A stretch of 64,000 bases of DNA from Bacteroidia bacterium (GCA_965279035.1 OZ257142.1:1792001-1856000), one strand, 5' to 3'. Counted from the stretch's first letter, positions 1 through 11,810 are shown. Numbers and translations: made by a program. The notes: a model not told the origin generated them from the letters alone.

Positions 1-3000
1 TAAACTGATGTCAGTAATTTTCACATACTGCGCCCAGCCCATGTTTGCTGCATCGAAATTGAAATCCGTATCGAGACAACCTTCACCCAAAATGCTATAA
101 TTAGTGCCATCCTGAGAAATCGAAACGCGAATTCGTTCTTTGTAATTTCCACAACTTGGATTTCCGAAAGAGGTTTCCACGATTCGTAAATCATTGCCAG
201 CTCCATTTGCAATTGGACCAGGGAATTTCACAATCAATTCACCTCCAAAACCAAGTGATAAGAAATTGATTGGCGCATTTTGACTGTCGTTATACTGCGG
301 ATTTCCAAGGCAATTACTTTGTACCGAACGTGCAGCTAGTACATTACTCATATCCTTGCGTTTTCCTTGTGTGAACGAAACAATTTCCTGTACAGTACAT
401 GATCCTGTTGGTTCTACAAAGATGGTTTTTTGTACACATGATGTGATTCCACAAGGACCTTCGGCTCTTACAAAATACGTGGTGTTTTGAGTTGGACTAA
501 CAATTAAACTTGGTCCTGATCCCATGTAAACTCCCGTTCCACAAGCACCTTTATACCATTTCCATACAGCATCAGTTCCTAACATTCCTCCACTAACACT
601 CAAGGCTACCGAAGCTCCAGAAGGAACCGAAGGCGATGAAGTATTAATTCCAGATGCGGCGATTGATGGAGTACGAACCGTTAGGATCAATTTAGCCAGT
701 AAATTACATCCTTGTTCATTGGTGGTCAGTTTTGTATAGGTTCCCGGTTGAGAATACGACTGTCCATAGAATGTGTACGAGCTACCAGCACAAATGCTTT
801 GGTTTACCGTTGATTGCATTGGATTCACCGTAATCACTTGGGTACGAATTCCAGATGAATTTCCACATGCATCTACTGCTTTCCATTTACGGGTGATGGT
901 ATAAATTCCAGTAACAATACTTGGAGCACAGGTTACTGTCGAAATAACCACCATGCTTGGTGTTCCACAATTATCGGTCGCTGTAGGTGCATCAAATTGA
1001 GCAACGGTTGGACAGGTAATCGTTTTGTTAGGACCCGCATTGGAGATGATCGGATTACTGTAATCGTAAATCGTGATGACTTGAGTAAACACCGCACTCA
1101 CATTGTTGCAGGCATCTTTCGCCGTCCATGTATTGGTATAGATTCCACCGCAAACCGCACCACTAAATGCTCCAGTAGTTTTGGTGATGGTTACACTACC
1201 GTTGTTATCCGTTGCAATTGGTGCTAATGCTTGTGCAGCATTCAAATCGGCAGTATTACCACATTCAACCATACGGTTTAATGATCCAGCTGCACTTACC
1301 CAAATTGGAGCGCTTTGCTCAGTAAGGGTAATGACTTGCGTGAAGGTCGTACTTGAATTATTGCAAGCATCCTTCGCAACCCAGGTGTTGGTGTATGTTC
1401 CACCACAAGATGTTGGTGCAAATGTTCCAGCTGTTTTGGTGTACGTTACTTGACTGCAAAGATCACTTGCCTCAGGTGCTAAAGATTGAGCTAAAATAAG
1501 CGCCTGTTCGTTCGATACAGCCATTGTTCTGTTTAATGAACCAGCTGCACTAACCCATGTTGGAGCTGTATTATCGGTGATGGTAATCACTTGAGTGTAA
1601 ACCGTGCTGGCGTTATTGCAAGCATCACGAGCAATCCATGTATTGGTGTATGTTCCACCGCAGGCGGCAGCAACAAATTCACCTGGATATTTCGTTAAGA
1701 TAATTGAACCACAATTATCGGTAGCAATTGGCTGTAACACTTGAGCTGCATTGAGTGCGCTCGTATTACTGCAACTTACACTACGGTTTAGCGCGTTTGC
1801 CGCAGAAGTCCACGTTGGTGCAGCATCATCTGTTACTGTAATCACTTGCGTGAACACATCGCTTTGATTTCCGCAGGCATCGGACGTTGTGAAAGTATTG
1901 GTATACGTTCCACCACAGCTTGATGCGATGAATGATCCAGCGAATTTGTGAATTTCAAAATCCACCGCATCTACATTATCGCGCACATCTGGACGCATGG
2001 CTTGAACTGTAATTAATGCTTGCGCATTGCTGCACGAAACCGTTACATTGAGCGATCCTGCTTCACTTATCCATGTTGGATTTACATCATCCGTAATGGT
2101 AATTACTTGAACGAATTCAGTGGCGCTGCTGTTGTTGCAATCGTCTTTGGCTGTCCAACGGTTGGTATAGGTTCCACCGCAAGAAGCAAATTCAAATACA
2201 CCCGATGTTTTTACGTAGCTAACTGTTTCATCACAGTTATCGCTAGCACTTGGTGCCATTGCTTGAGCAGCAATTAAACCGCTAGTATCGCCGTAGGCAA
2301 TGCTGATATTTAAACTACCTGCGGCACTTGTCCATACAGGAGCTTCTTCATCCACAATGCTGATTACTTGAGTAAAGGCAAGGCTTTCGTTTCCACAAGC
2401 ATCTTTCGCGATAAAGGTATTGGTGTACGAACCACCGCAAGCAGCTGGAGCAAATACTCCTTCTGTTTTCGTAATAGTTACATCTCCACCACAATCATCG
2501 CCAGCAATAGGCTCTAGCGCTTGTGCTCCAGTTAAGCCAGCATGATCAGTACACGAAATAGTTCTATTCAATGAATTTGCAGCACTAGTCCATTCAGGAG
2601 CTTGAGTATCAGCAATGGTAATGACTTGCGTGAATGTTGAACTTGTATTTCCACAATCGTCCGAAACATACCAGGTGTTGGTATAGCTTCCGCTCAATCC
2701 ACAAGAACCAGCGACAAACGAACCCGATGTTTTATGATAGCTTAGATTTTCACATAAATCGAATGCAACTGGAGCAGTATTTTGGGCATTGGCCAAACCT
2801 TGTAAATCGGTGCAAGCCAAAGTAACATTCAAGGCATCTTCGGCAGTTGACCAAACTGGTTCTGCTCCATCAATATGTGTTTCGTAGCTGACAATGCCGC
2901 TATTGCCACAATTATCAGCCACCGTTACTGTAATAACAGCAGTGCATGTTCCTTCGGTTGATGCAGTTTTCGTTACATCACCAGCACAATTTCCTGCTGC

Positions 3001-6000
3001 AACTGTTGTAGCTTCGATGGCAGCCGCTTCTGCAGCCGCTCTGTTTGGATAACAACTTTCGATAGAACCTTTTGTTGCCACCGGTGCTTCGGCCGAAACA
3101 GGAATGCTTACCGATGCTTCATCACAATTGGAAGGGTTGAGGATTTCACAAATACGATAGGTCAAGGAATAGGTTCCTGAAGTCGTATTCGGAGCAACAA
3201 TCACATTCAATCCGCTTAAACTTACCGCAGGAATGCTCGAACTAACAAAGCTCAAAGTGACTTCAGATGGATTTACATCAGTTCCATTGAGACGGTCGTT
3301 CGAAAGCACATTGACGAATGCAGTTCCACCTGCAAATCCATTCACTGTTGAGCCAGCATCATCGTTTGCCACAATAGGGGCAGAGGTAATAGTACCGCTC
3401 ACTTGAGCTTCGTCGCAGTTTGTAGGATTGAGAATTTCACAGATTCTGTAAGTCAAAGAATACTGTCCAGCTGGAGTTCCTGGAGCTATTACCACGTTAT
3501 TTCCGCTCAGCGTAATTCCTGCATTGCTTGAACTAACAAAACTTAGCGTAATTTCGGATGGATTGACATTATTTCCATTCAATTGATCGTTCGATAACAC
3601 ATTGCTGAAAGCAGTTCCACCTTCATATCCATTGATAGAAGCTCCAGCATCATCGTTTGCTACGATGGCTGTATGGTTTACTGTGATGCTCACATCTGCA
3701 TCATCACAATTGCTTGGATTCATCACTTCGCAAATACGGTAGCTAAGCGTGTAATTTCCAGCAGGAGTTCCTGCAGCAACATTCACTGATGAACCTGAAA
3801 GTGTTATTCCAGCATGGCTTGCATTGAGGAACGTAAGTACCACATCACCTGCATTGACAGTAGATCCATTCAATTGATCATTCACCAAGACATTGCTCAC
3901 AGCTGTTCCACCAGTGTATCCATTTACTGGAATTCCTGAATCATCATTGGCTACAATGCTTGCTGCACTTACACTTACGCTCACACTTGCTTCGTCGCAT
4001 ACTGTAGGATTAGAAACTTCACAGATTCGGTAAACCAAACTGTAATCACCAGCCGGTGTTCCCGGAGAAACAACCACAGAAGTTCCGCTTAAGCCAATGT
4101 TGGAATTCGTAGAACTAACAAAACTGATCGTCACATCACCCGATTCAACCAAGGCACAATTCAATTGATCATTCAGTAGCACGTTTGCTAAGGAAGTTCC
4201 GCCAATAAAACCATTGACTGAATTTCCAGCATCATCGTTTGCAGCAATGACGCTATTCACAACCAAGCTCGTATGGCAGATACTTGGGTTTCCACAAGCA
4301 TCGGTAACCGTGATTGTAATTGTATGAGTTCCCGGTCCAACTGGAGTTCCAGCCGAAGGGTTTTGGATGATGTTGAGGTTCGATGATTCTGAACCATTGT
4401 CGTTGGCAACAATTCCAGATGTAAAATCAGGAACGAGTGCTTGACAACCAGCATTGGCATTGATTGTTTGCGTTGGGCTGCACTCAGTAATCGAAGGGCC
4501 CGTTTGATCACCAACAAGAATGACTTGAGTGAAGACAGCACTTTCGTTATTACATGCGTCTTTCGCAATCCATGTATTAGTATACGATCCAGAACCGCTG
4601 CATTCGCCTGCTGTAAAAGCACCTGGAGTTTTCACATAGGTTACATCAGTACAAACATCACTTGCAATTGGCGCCTGTGATTGTGCTGTTGCTAATGCTT
4701 GTGCATTTCCTGCTTCAACCGTTGTATTTAATGCGGTTGCAGAAGTAGTCCATGTTGGCGCTTGCTCATCGATGATTTGAATGACTTGTGTAAATACCAG
4801 ACTTTCATTTGAGCAATTGTCTTTAGCAATCCAGGTATTGGTATATGATCCAGTTGAACCACAAGAACCAGCTACAAATTCACCTGAAGTTTTGGTGTAG
4901 GTTACAGTTCCGCAATTATCGGTAGCTGTTGGTGCTAAACTTTGAGCTTGAGTTAATGCTGCTGTATTGCCACATTGAACTTGCGCGTTTAAAGAACCCG
5001 CCTGACTGAACCAGATTGGTGCAATATCGTCGGTGAGTGTGATGGTTTGTGTGAATGTGATGCTGCTATTATTGCATTCATCTTTCGCCACAAAGGTATT
5101 GGTGTATGTTCCGCCACAGGCTAGAGCTACATAGCTTCCTGTTGTTTTAGTCACATTCACTGTTCCGCCACAATTATCTGTAGCCGATGGCATCAATGCT
5201 TGAGCGGCAGTAATTCCATCGTCGTTGCTGCATGAAACAGAACGATCGAGAGAACCTGCAGTGCTTGTCCATGTTGGAGCTGATTCATCAATGATTTGTA
5301 TCACTTGAACAAATGAGCTGCTCACATTTCCACAGGCATCAGAGGCAGTCCAGCTATTGGTGTATGTTCCAGTAGAACCACAAGCGCCTGATATAAATAA
5401 TCCAGCAGTTCGTGTATAAGAAATTGTTCCTTCACAATTATCGTTAGCAACAGGTGATAAAGCCTGAGCGGCTGATAATCCAGCTGTATCGTTACACGCT
5501 ACTGATCTGTTTAAAGAATTAGCGGCTGAAGTCCATGTTGGTGCAGCATTATCGATGCGAGTTGAATACACGACCGATCCAGTATTTCCACATTCGTCAT
5601 TCACCGTTACCGTTACTTCGGCAGAGCAGGTTCCTACAACGCTAGCTGATTTAGAAATTTCTCCTGAGCAATTGGTTGCAGTAACTTGTGTAGCAGCAAT
5701 CGCGGCATTTTTAGCATCATTCACCGAAGAATAACAAGCTGCAATTTCGCCTTTACTTGCCACTGGTGGCGCTGCAATAACTGGAACACTTACGCTTGCT
5801 TCATCGCAATTGCTTGGATTAAGCAGTTCACAAATTCGGTAGTTTAAGGTGTAGTTTCCTGCGGTTGTTCCTGCAGCTACAATCACATTAGAACCACTGA
5901 GTGAAATACCCGGATTGCTTGCGTTTACCAAAGTAATCACAACATTTTCAGGTAGTACAGATGAGCCGTTAAGTTGGTCGTTTGATAAAATATTCACGAA

Positions 6001-9000
6001 CGAAGTTCCACCTAAGAAACCATTCACAGCCGAACCAGCATCGTTATTAGCAGCAATCGAAGCCGCCGAAACCGATACACTCACCGTTGCTTCATCACAA
6101 TTTGTTGGATTAAGCACTTCGCAAATACGATAGACGAGAGAGTAGGAGCCAGCAGGTGTTCCCGGAGCAACTTCAACAGCCGAACCACTAAGTGTAATTC
6201 CAGCATGACTAGCACTTACAAAAGAAGTAATGACTTCGGCAGGAATGACTGTAATGCCATTGAGTTTATCGTTCGAAAGAACATTTGAATTCGCCGTTCC
6301 ACCCGTGAAACCATTCACCGAAATTCCGGAATCGTCGTTTGCTTGAATAGGTGCAGCCGAAACCGGAACACTCACTGTAGCTTCGTCACAATTGCTTGGA
6401 TGTTGAACATCACAGATGCTATACGTCAGCGAATAAGTTCCAGCCAGTGTACCCGCAAGGACAGAAACACTTGAACCATTCAGAGTAATTCCAGCATGAG
6501 TAGAACTAACAAAACTTAAGGTAACATGCGCAGGATTTACCAACGAGCAATTGAGTGAATCGTTCGCTAAAACATCCGACAGAGAAACTCCGCCAGCATA
6601 ACCATTCACAGAATTTCCTGCATCATTTACTGCTGCAATTGGTCCTGAAACTATAAGATTACTTGTGCAGGTTTTGGTGTTTCCACAGGCATCTTTAACC
6701 GTGATGGTTATCGTATGCGTTCCCGGTGAAACAAGCGTTCCCGCTAAAGGTGATTGAGAAATACTGAGTGAATTTGTTGCAGTACAATTATCACTTGCTA
6801 CAATACCTGTTGTAAAATCTGGTACGATGCCTTTGCATGATGCATTGGAAGCTATGGTTTGATTAGGTGAACAAGTCGTTATTGTTGGAACAACATCGTC
6901 CGTTACCGTAATCACTTGCGTAAATGTAGCACTTTCATTGTTACAAGCATCTTTCGCAATCCAAGTTGTTGTGTATGTTCCACCACATGCTCCAGCAAGG
7001 AATTCTCCTCCGGATTTTACATAGCTTACTGTTCCACATAAATCGCTAGCCACAGGGCTAAGCAATTGTGCTGCAGCGATCGCTTGTGTATTACTGCATG
7101 AGATAGTTTGGTTTAAAGCTCCTGCAACCGTAGTCCATGTTGGAGCTAAGGCATCAATAACCGAAATAACCTGTGTGAAAGCAGTGCTCGTATTATTACA
7201 TGCATCTTTCGCAACCCATGAATTGGTGTAGGTTCCACTTAAACCGCATTGTCCGACTACAAAACTGCCTGATGTTTTGGTATACGTTACCGAACCACAA
7301 TTATCAGTAGCCGATGGTGCTAATCCTTGAGCCGCAGCTAATGCAGCAGCATCGTTGCAATCGACTGTACGATTTAAACTTTCAGCAATGCTTGTCCATG
7401 TTGGAGCTATTGCATCGGTAACAGTAATGACCTGAGTAAATATTCCACTGGCATTTAATGCTGCATCTTTCGCAATCCAAGTATTGGTATAGGTTCCGGT
7501 TGATCCACACGATCCAGCTACAAATACACCGGAAGTTTTGGTATAGGTTACGTTTCCACAATCGTCTGTTGCTACTGGTGCTAAGGCTTGAGCCGTTGCT
7601 AGTGCCGATGCATTACTACACGAAACTGAAGTATTTAAACTACCTGCGACACTCGTCCATGTAGGTGCATTATTGTCGGAATTTGTAATGCTTAAGTTGA
7701 CAGTAACAGCTGGACAAAGCGCTGCATCTCGAACTTGAACCTGATAATTTCCAGGAGTAAGTGAGGATGCCGTTGCTAATGTTCCACCCGAAGGTGACCA
7801 AGCATAGGTATAAGGACTTGTTCCTCCAACAGCCGTAACGGTTGCGCTACCTAAAGTTCCGCAGGTTACATTTGTTTGAGAGGTGATGGAAGCACTTAAA
7901 GCCGCCGAAGGTTGATTGATTTGAACGATTGCCGTTGCAATACATCCCGTTCCATCTTTCACCGAAACAGTGTATGTGCCGGTTGCTAAATTTGAAAATG
8001 CATGCGTTGATCCGTATGCTCCACTGTTAAAGCTGTATTCATAAGGAAGTGTTCCATTTGCACCAAGCGCAGAAAATGCTCCGGTTGATTGTCCAAAACA
8101 GCTCACATGCGTGACTCCACTTGTGCTAATGCTCAAATTGGAGGTATTACTAACAATTGCATTCGCCGAAAACGTACAACCATTTGCATCGGTTACTACT
8201 ACCGAGTAAGGACCAGCAGACAATCCGCTCGCACTTGCCGTTGTAGCACCCGAAGACCATAAATAGGTATAAGGTGATGTTCCGCCAGAAGCTGTTACCG
8301 TGGCTATTCCGTTACTTCCTCCGCAGGTTGCATTGGTAGAACCCGTTGTTGCTGATAATGCAGCCGATGGTTGTGTAACTGTATGAGTAGCACTTGCCGA
8401 ACATCCACTTGCATCCGTACATGTGATGACATACGAACCGGGTTGTAAGTTCGAAATGGTTGCTACAGTAGAAATAACAGTGTTGTTCCCTTGTCGTTTC
8501 CAACTGTAAGTGTATGGTGCTGTTCCATCGGGCGTAGCCGTAATAGAACCGTTGTTCAAGCCATAACAACTAACATTGGTAATGTTAGCGGGAACACTCA
8601 ATACCTTCACTTTTACCGATTGATCAGCAGCTCCTGCAATCACGCAGGCATCGCCACCAATAATGCGTCGGTAATAGGTTTTTTGATACAATGCACCCAT
8701 CAGCGCAGCGGAAAGATTTTGAGTAGTTCCTCCACTGATGTTGGTCCAATTGGTACTATCGGTACTCGATTGCCATAAATAAGTGGAAGCAGCTGTTAAT
8801 CCTGAAGGATACGAGCTCGTGGTTCCATTACGGCTAATGGTTGCTAAGGAATAACTTGGAGCAGAACCGCTCAAGCCTGTTACCTGCGCTCCGGCACATA
8901 CGGTTTGACTTCCAGAAATAGTATTGTTCAACAAATCGGGTGGATTTGCCCACACAACCAATCCAGGTTCGTAAATCGAAGTTGAACTTGTTTTCGTTGT

Positions 9001-11355
9001 GTTGAGTGCACCTTGTGTGAGTGGAATATTGTTCGACTGCGCAGTCACAATGGTGTAAATACGACAATTCGAAAATTTAATTCCGCGTTCACCTACTGGA
9101 TCGTAATCATCTGCTGATCCACCGTAATATGTACTATAAAGTGGCGAAGCAACTAGGTTTGCTGGTAGTTTGAAAAAGACTTTATCATTTTTAGGTGTAC
9201 CTGAATTACTGCTCGTATTATTCAAATTCGATTGCAAAGCATCCGAAGTGAGTGGAAAGTCGGTACTGTTTGTATATCCGAAAATATAGACATCGTTGTT
9301 GAGGTCCACATTCAATCCCATCATGTTTACTTCATTCAAACTTCCTCCGATATAGGTCGAATTCACGAATGTTTGATTGGTATCCATGCTGGCAACAAAG
9401 AAGTCATTATCGCCGCTATTGTATGAGTTATCGTAATTTCCAGATGCTGGAATATTGCTTGGAGAATCGAGTCCATTGGTTGTTCCTCCAAAATACAAAC
9501 GATTTTTGAGTGTATTAAATTCCATACACAAAATGGAAGTGGATTTACTCGAAGCCGATTTAAAATACGAAGACCAAACAGTAGTTCCGTTCGATTTAAT
9601 TTTTTGAATGAATCCACTTTTCGTTCCGCCCAATGCATTTTGTCGTGCATTGCTTGTCACAGGAAAATCGCTTGAAGTAGTGTATCCTCCTAAGAAAATA
9701 TCTCCATTTGTGGGATTCATTGCCATGATGGTAGCTTGATCCAAGGAAACGTCTTTGGATGCACCTGTTCCACCAAAATTTTTCATCCAGACAATGGAAG
9801 AAAGCGCTTGATTGATTTTGAATAAATGAACATCTGTATTTCCAGTATAACCTGAAGTCCGATTGGTTGCACCGCTCGAAGAATACAGTGTTGCTAAGTT
9901 TTTACTACTCGTATTTCCACAAACAACTACATCACCTGAAGTAGTTAATCGTAAATCGAACGATCCATCATCTCCATCACCACCAATTACAGCAGCTTTA
10001 ATAGCAGTTCCTGCTTGGTTGATTTTTAAGATGAAGGTATTATCTGTTTTTTGCGAACGTTGATCTAAACCTCCTGAATTCCCAAATGCAGATCCTCCAA
10101 TGAGTGGAAAATCAGAACTTCCAGTATAACCAGTAATGTAAAGATTACCATCTGGTCCCATTTCCATCGCGTATGGATTATCGTCGCCCGAACCTCCAAT
10201 ATAGGTTTGCCAAACGCGAGTTCCGCTTCCTCCGATGCTTGATGGTTCCAAGTACTTTCCAACAACTAAATCAATTCCTCCATTCGAAGAATTATCTAAT
10301 GCTCCAACCGAAATTTCGTTGGTTTGTCCATCCACACGGGCAACTACGTAAATAGCACCATCAGTAGGATCAACCCAAATTCCGTGACCATGATTATCGC
10401 CACTTGTTGCATTTTTCCCTGAACCAACTACTTGCGAATTCGAATTCACCCATGTAGCCCAACGCAATGCAATGGGATCGATCACCAAAGGCAAACGTTT
10501 GTTGTATTCTCCTAAATCAAATTGTAGGATTCCTTTTTCATCGAGTTTGTATTTCGATGGAATGTCGATTTGTTTCCCATCTACTTTTTGATACACGATC
10601 GGTTGAGGTAAACGCATCTCACCCACGCTGGTAGAAATGATGAGTTCACCTTTATCCGAAAGTTTCAAACCTGAAACACCTTCCAACTGAATGGCAATGG
10701 CATCTTGCTTAAAACCAGGTTTACAAATGATGTCGTATTCGAGCATCCCATCAGCCGAAGGATAATAACGAACGTCCACTTGATCGTACACGTTGTTATA
10801 CCAAACTTCTTGGAAGCTACTCACCGAAGAAGCTTGACCACTTCCTGAGAAATAACTCATTTGATCGCCATGTTTCTGACGAGCATCAATGCTCATTTTT
10901 TCAGAACCATGAAGGAATTTCATCATCCAAGCATGCGACCGCACTTTGGCGATATCCTCTGTAAAAGGAACACCATCGCGATGCGCTTCTTCTTCGCGCA
11001 TACTTTGTTCGCTATGTCGAGCAAGATCATCTTCACTAAACCAACGCATCACAACACCATCGCGTGTTACGAGCGCTTTTCCTTGTGGGAATTCGGCTTT
11101 ATAAAGGATTTCCTTTTCCCACTGACCTTTGTTTTCGGTAAAGTGAATTTGCTTTTCAAAATAATGAAGCAAGCTTTCCACATCCGGATCCTTTTGAGTT
11201 CCGGTTTGCAAAGGCAAATTCCGACTCGGATTGTTTTGTGAAAATCCAAATACTGGTTGGATGAAAAGGCTTGAAAACAACAATAAGCGCTTAAGCCAGT
11301 TTGACTGACTAGCACATTTGATTGTTTTATTTCTGTAGGTAGGGCTTATAATCAT
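1..11355 (-). CDS. Giant secreted multi-repeat surface protein/adhesin (>3785 aa, 3' end outside window), probable T9SS cargo
   Basis: ATG at 11355 gives MIISPTYRNK...LKRLLLFSSLFIQPVFGFSQ (signal-like), then FTENKGQW (N-terminal domain typical of SBBP-repeat proteins). It also has SprB-like PYTYLWS repeats (~7750-8620), HYR-like YTNTWIAKDACxN repeats and ANDDAG...YRICExLNPSNCDEA Ig-like repeats. The same frame is still coding at position 1 (...LGEGCLDTDFNFDAANMGWAQYVKITDISL). The ORF track lists no long truncated fragment, which implies no internal stop. Confidence 0.9.
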   Translation of the reverse strand, partial: MIISPTYRNKTIKCASQSNWLKRLLLFSSLFIQPVFGFSQNNPSRNLPLQTGTQKDPDVESLLHYFEKQIHFTENKGQWEKEILYKAEFPQGKALVTRDGVVMRWFSEDDLARHSEQSMREEEAHRDGVPFTEDIAKVRSHAWMMKFLHGSEKMSIDARQKHGDQMSYFSGSGQASSVSSFQEVWYNNVYDQVDVRYYPSADGMLEYDIICKPGFKQDAIAIQLEGVSGLKLSDKGELIISTSVGEMRLPQPIVYQKVDGKQIDIPSKYKLDEKGILQFDLGEYNKRLPLVIDPIALRWATWVNSNSQVVGSGKNATSGDNHGHGIWVDPTDGAIYVVARVDGQTNEISVGALDNSSNGGIDLVVGKYLEPSSIGGSGTRVWQTYIGGSGDDNPYAMEMGPDGNLYITGYTGSSDFPLIGGSAFGNSGGLDQRSQKTDNTFILKINQAGTAIKAAVIGGDGDDGSFDLRLTTSGDVVVCGNTSSKNLATLYSSSGATNRTSGYTGNTDVHLFKINQALSSIVWMKNFGGTGASKDVSLDQATIMAMNPTNGDIFLGGYTTSSDFPVTSNARQNALGGTKSGFIQKIKSNGTTVWSSYFKSASSKSTSILCMEFNTLKNRLYFGGTTNGLDSPSNIPASGNYDNSYNSGDNDFFVASMDTNQTFVNSTYIGGSLNEVNMMGLNVDLNNDVYIFGYTNSTDFPLTSDALQSNLNNTSSNSGTPKNDKVFFKLPANLVASPLYSTYYGGSADDYDPVGERGIKFSNCRIYTIVTAQSNNIPLTQGALNTTKTSSTSIYEPGLVVWANPPDLLNNTISGSQTVCAGAQVTGLSGSAPSYSLATISRNGTTSSYPSGLTAASTYLWQSSTDSTNWTNISGGTTQNLSAALMGALYQKTYYRRIIGGDACVIAGAADQSVKVKVLSVPANITNVSCYGLNNGSITATPDGTAPYTYSWKRQGNNTVISTVATISNLQPGSYVITCTDASGCSASATHTVTQPSAALSATTGSTNATCGGSNGIATVTASGGTSPYTYLWSSGATTASASGLSAGPYSVVVTDANGCTFSANAIVSNTSNLSISTSGVTHVSCFGQSTGAFSALGANGTLPYEYSFNSGAYGSTHAFSNLATGTYTVSVKDGTGCIATAIVQINQPSAALSASITSQTNVTCGTLGSATVTAVGGTSPYTYAWSPSGGTLATASSLTPGNYQVQVRDAALCPAVTVNLSITNSDNNAPTWTSVAGSLNTSVSCSNASALATAQALAPVATDDCGNVTYTKTSGVFVAGSCGSTGTYTNTWIAKDAALNASGIFTQVITVTDAIAPTWTSIAESLNRTVDCNDAAALAAAQGLAPSATDNCGSVTYTKTSGSFVVGQCGLSGTYTNSWVAKDACNNTSTAFTQVISVIDALAPTWTTVAGALNQTISCSNTQAIAAAQLLSPVASDLCGTVSYVKSGGEFLAGACGGTYTTTWIAKDACNNESATFTQVITVTDDVVPTITTCSPNQTIASNASCKGIVPDFTTGIVASDNCTATNSLSISQSPLAGTLVSPGTHTITITVKDACGNTKTCTSNLIVSGPIAAVNDAGNSVNGYAGGVSLSDVLANDSLNCSLVNPAHVTLSFVSSTHAGITLNGSSVSVLAGTLAGTYSLTYSICDVQHPSNCDEATVSVPVSAAPIQANDDSGISVNGFTGGTANSNVLSNDKLNGITVIPAEVITSFVSASHAGITLSGSAVEVAPGTPAGSYSLVYRICEVLNPTNCDEATVSVSVSAASIAANNDAGSAVNGFLGGTSFVNILSNDQLNGSSVLPENVVITLVNASNPGISLSGSNVIVAAGTTAGNYTLNYRICELLNPSNCDEASVSVPVIAAPPVASKGEIAACYSSVNDAKNAAIAATQVTATNCSGEISKSASVVGTCSAEVTVTVNDECGNTGSVVYSTRIDNAAPTWTSAANSLNRSVACNDTAGLSAAQALSPVANDNCEGTISYTRTAGLFISGACGSTGTYTNSWTASDACGNVSSSFVQVIQIIDESAPTWTSTAGSLDRSVSCSNDDGITAAQALMPSATDNCGGTVNVTKTTGSYVALACGGTYTNTFVAKDECNNSSITFTQTITLTDDIAPIWFSQAGSLNAQVQCGNTAALTQAQSLAPTATDNCGTVTYTKTSGEFVAGSCGSTGSYTNTWIAKDNCSNESLVFTQVIQIIDEQAPTWTTSATALNTTVEAGNAQALATAQSQAPIASDVCTDVTYVKTPGAFTAGECSGSGSYTNTWIAKDACNNESAVFTQVILVGDQTGPSITECSPTQTINANAGCQALVPDFTSGIVANDNGSESSNLNIIQNPSAGTPVGPGTHTITITVTDACGNPSICHTSLVVNSVIAANDDAGNSVNGFIGGTSLANVLLNDQLNCALVESGDVTISFVSSTNSNIGLSGTSVVVSPGTPAGDYSLVYRICEVSNPTVCDEASVSVSVSAASIVANDDSGIPVNGYTGGTAVSNVLVNDQLNGSTVNAGDVVLTFLNASHAGITLSGSSVNVAAGTPAGNYTLSYRICEVMNPSNCDDADVSITVNHTAIVANDDAGASINGYEGGTAFSNVLSNDQLNGNNVNPSEITLSFVSSSNAGITLSGNNVVIAPGTPAGQYSLTYRICEILNPTNCDEAQVSGTITSAPIVANDDAGSTVNGFAGGTAFVNVLSNDRLNGTDVNPSEVTLSFVSSSIPAVSLSGLNVIVAPNTTSGTYSLTYRICEILNPSNCDEASVSIPVSAEAPVATKGSIESCYPNRAAAEAAAIEATTVAAGNCAGDVTKTASTEGTCTAVITVTVADNCGNSGIVSYETHIDGAEPVWSTAEDALNVTLACTDLQGLANAQNTAPVAFDLCENLSYHKTSGSFVAGSCGLSGSYTNTWYVSDDCGNTSSTFTQVITIADTQAPEWTSAANSLNRTISCTDHAGLTGAQALEPIAGDDCGGDVTITKTEGVFAPAACGGSYTNTFIAKDACGNESLAFTQVISIVDEEAPVWTSAAGSLNISIAYGDTSGLIAAQAMAPSASDNCDETVSYVKTSGVFEFASCGGTYTNRWTAKDDCNNSSATEFVQVITITDDVNPTWISEAGSLNVTVSCSNAQALITVQAMRPDVRDNVDAVDFEIHKFAGSFIASSCGGTYTNTFTTSDACGNQSDVFTQVITVTDDAAPTWTSAANALNRSVSCSNTSALNAAQVLQPIATDNCGSIILTKYPGEFVAAACGGTYTNTWIARDACNNASTVYTQVITITDNTAPTWVSAAGSLNRTMAVSNEQALILAQSLAPEASDLCSQVTYTKTAGTFAPTSCGGTYTNTWVAKDACNNSSTTFTQVITLTEQSAPIWVSAAGSLNRMVECGNTADLNAAQALAPIATDNNGSVTITKTTGAFSGAVCGGIYTNTWTAKDACNNVSAVFTQVITIYDYSNPIISNAGPNKTITCPTVAQFDAPTATDNCGTPSMVVISTVTCAPSIVTGIYTITRKWKAVDACGNSSGIRTQVITVNPMQSTVNQSICAGSSYTFYGQSYSQPGTYTKLTTNEQGCNLLAKLILTVRTPSIAASGINTSSPSVPSGASVALSVSGGMLGTDAVWKWYKGACGTGVYMGSGPSLIVSPTQNTTYFVRAEGPCGITSCVQKTIFVEPTGSCTVQEIVSFTQGKRKDMSNVLAARSVQSNCLGNPQYNDSQNAPINFLSLGFGGELIVKFPGPIANGAGNDLRIVETSFGNPSCGNYKERIRVSISQDGTNYSILGEGCLDTDFNFDAANMGWAQYVKITDISL

Positions 11356-11802
11356 AAGCGATAAATTGGTTGGGTTTTGATGGATAAAACTCTTTACTGA
11401 TGAGGAGTGTGAGCCTTTTTTAGGTTTCGAATTTTAATCCGGTTTTGTTGCGTTTTTGTTTGAAATAGGTTGACATTTCTTTGTTTTATTACTCAGCTTT
11501 ATACCTAAATCTCGTGTGGGGGTTTCCCTTCAGACACCCTAGAATTCATCAAGTCTTCAAAATGGGTGATAGGAAAATCGGACATCTTGTTTTTATTTTT
11601 CAATTCAAACTTTCATTTAAAGCAGCCGATTAACTCGTATTGTTTGATCACAACACGTATTAACCTGAATTCTATTTTGAGATACAATTCAGATTTGTGT
11701 GTAAGTTTTTATTGCATTCTTTTTAAAAAAATGCTGCCTTAAAGGAATTAGGATGGTTTGTGTTTGAATGAATAACTAGTGTTAGTTGATTCAATCATTC
11801 CT

Positions 11803-11810
11803 TAGCTTTG
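11803..11810 (+). promoter_or_regulatory. Bacteroidota sigma-A -7 element
   Basis: TAGCTTTG is an exact TAnnTTTG match, 10 nt before the ATG at 11821. No well-spaced -33 element was seen. Confidence 0.55.

Noticed and set aside
21-11315. Many 60-126-aa ORFs in the track
   Set aside because: Antisense or off-frame shadows of the giant minus-strand CDS.
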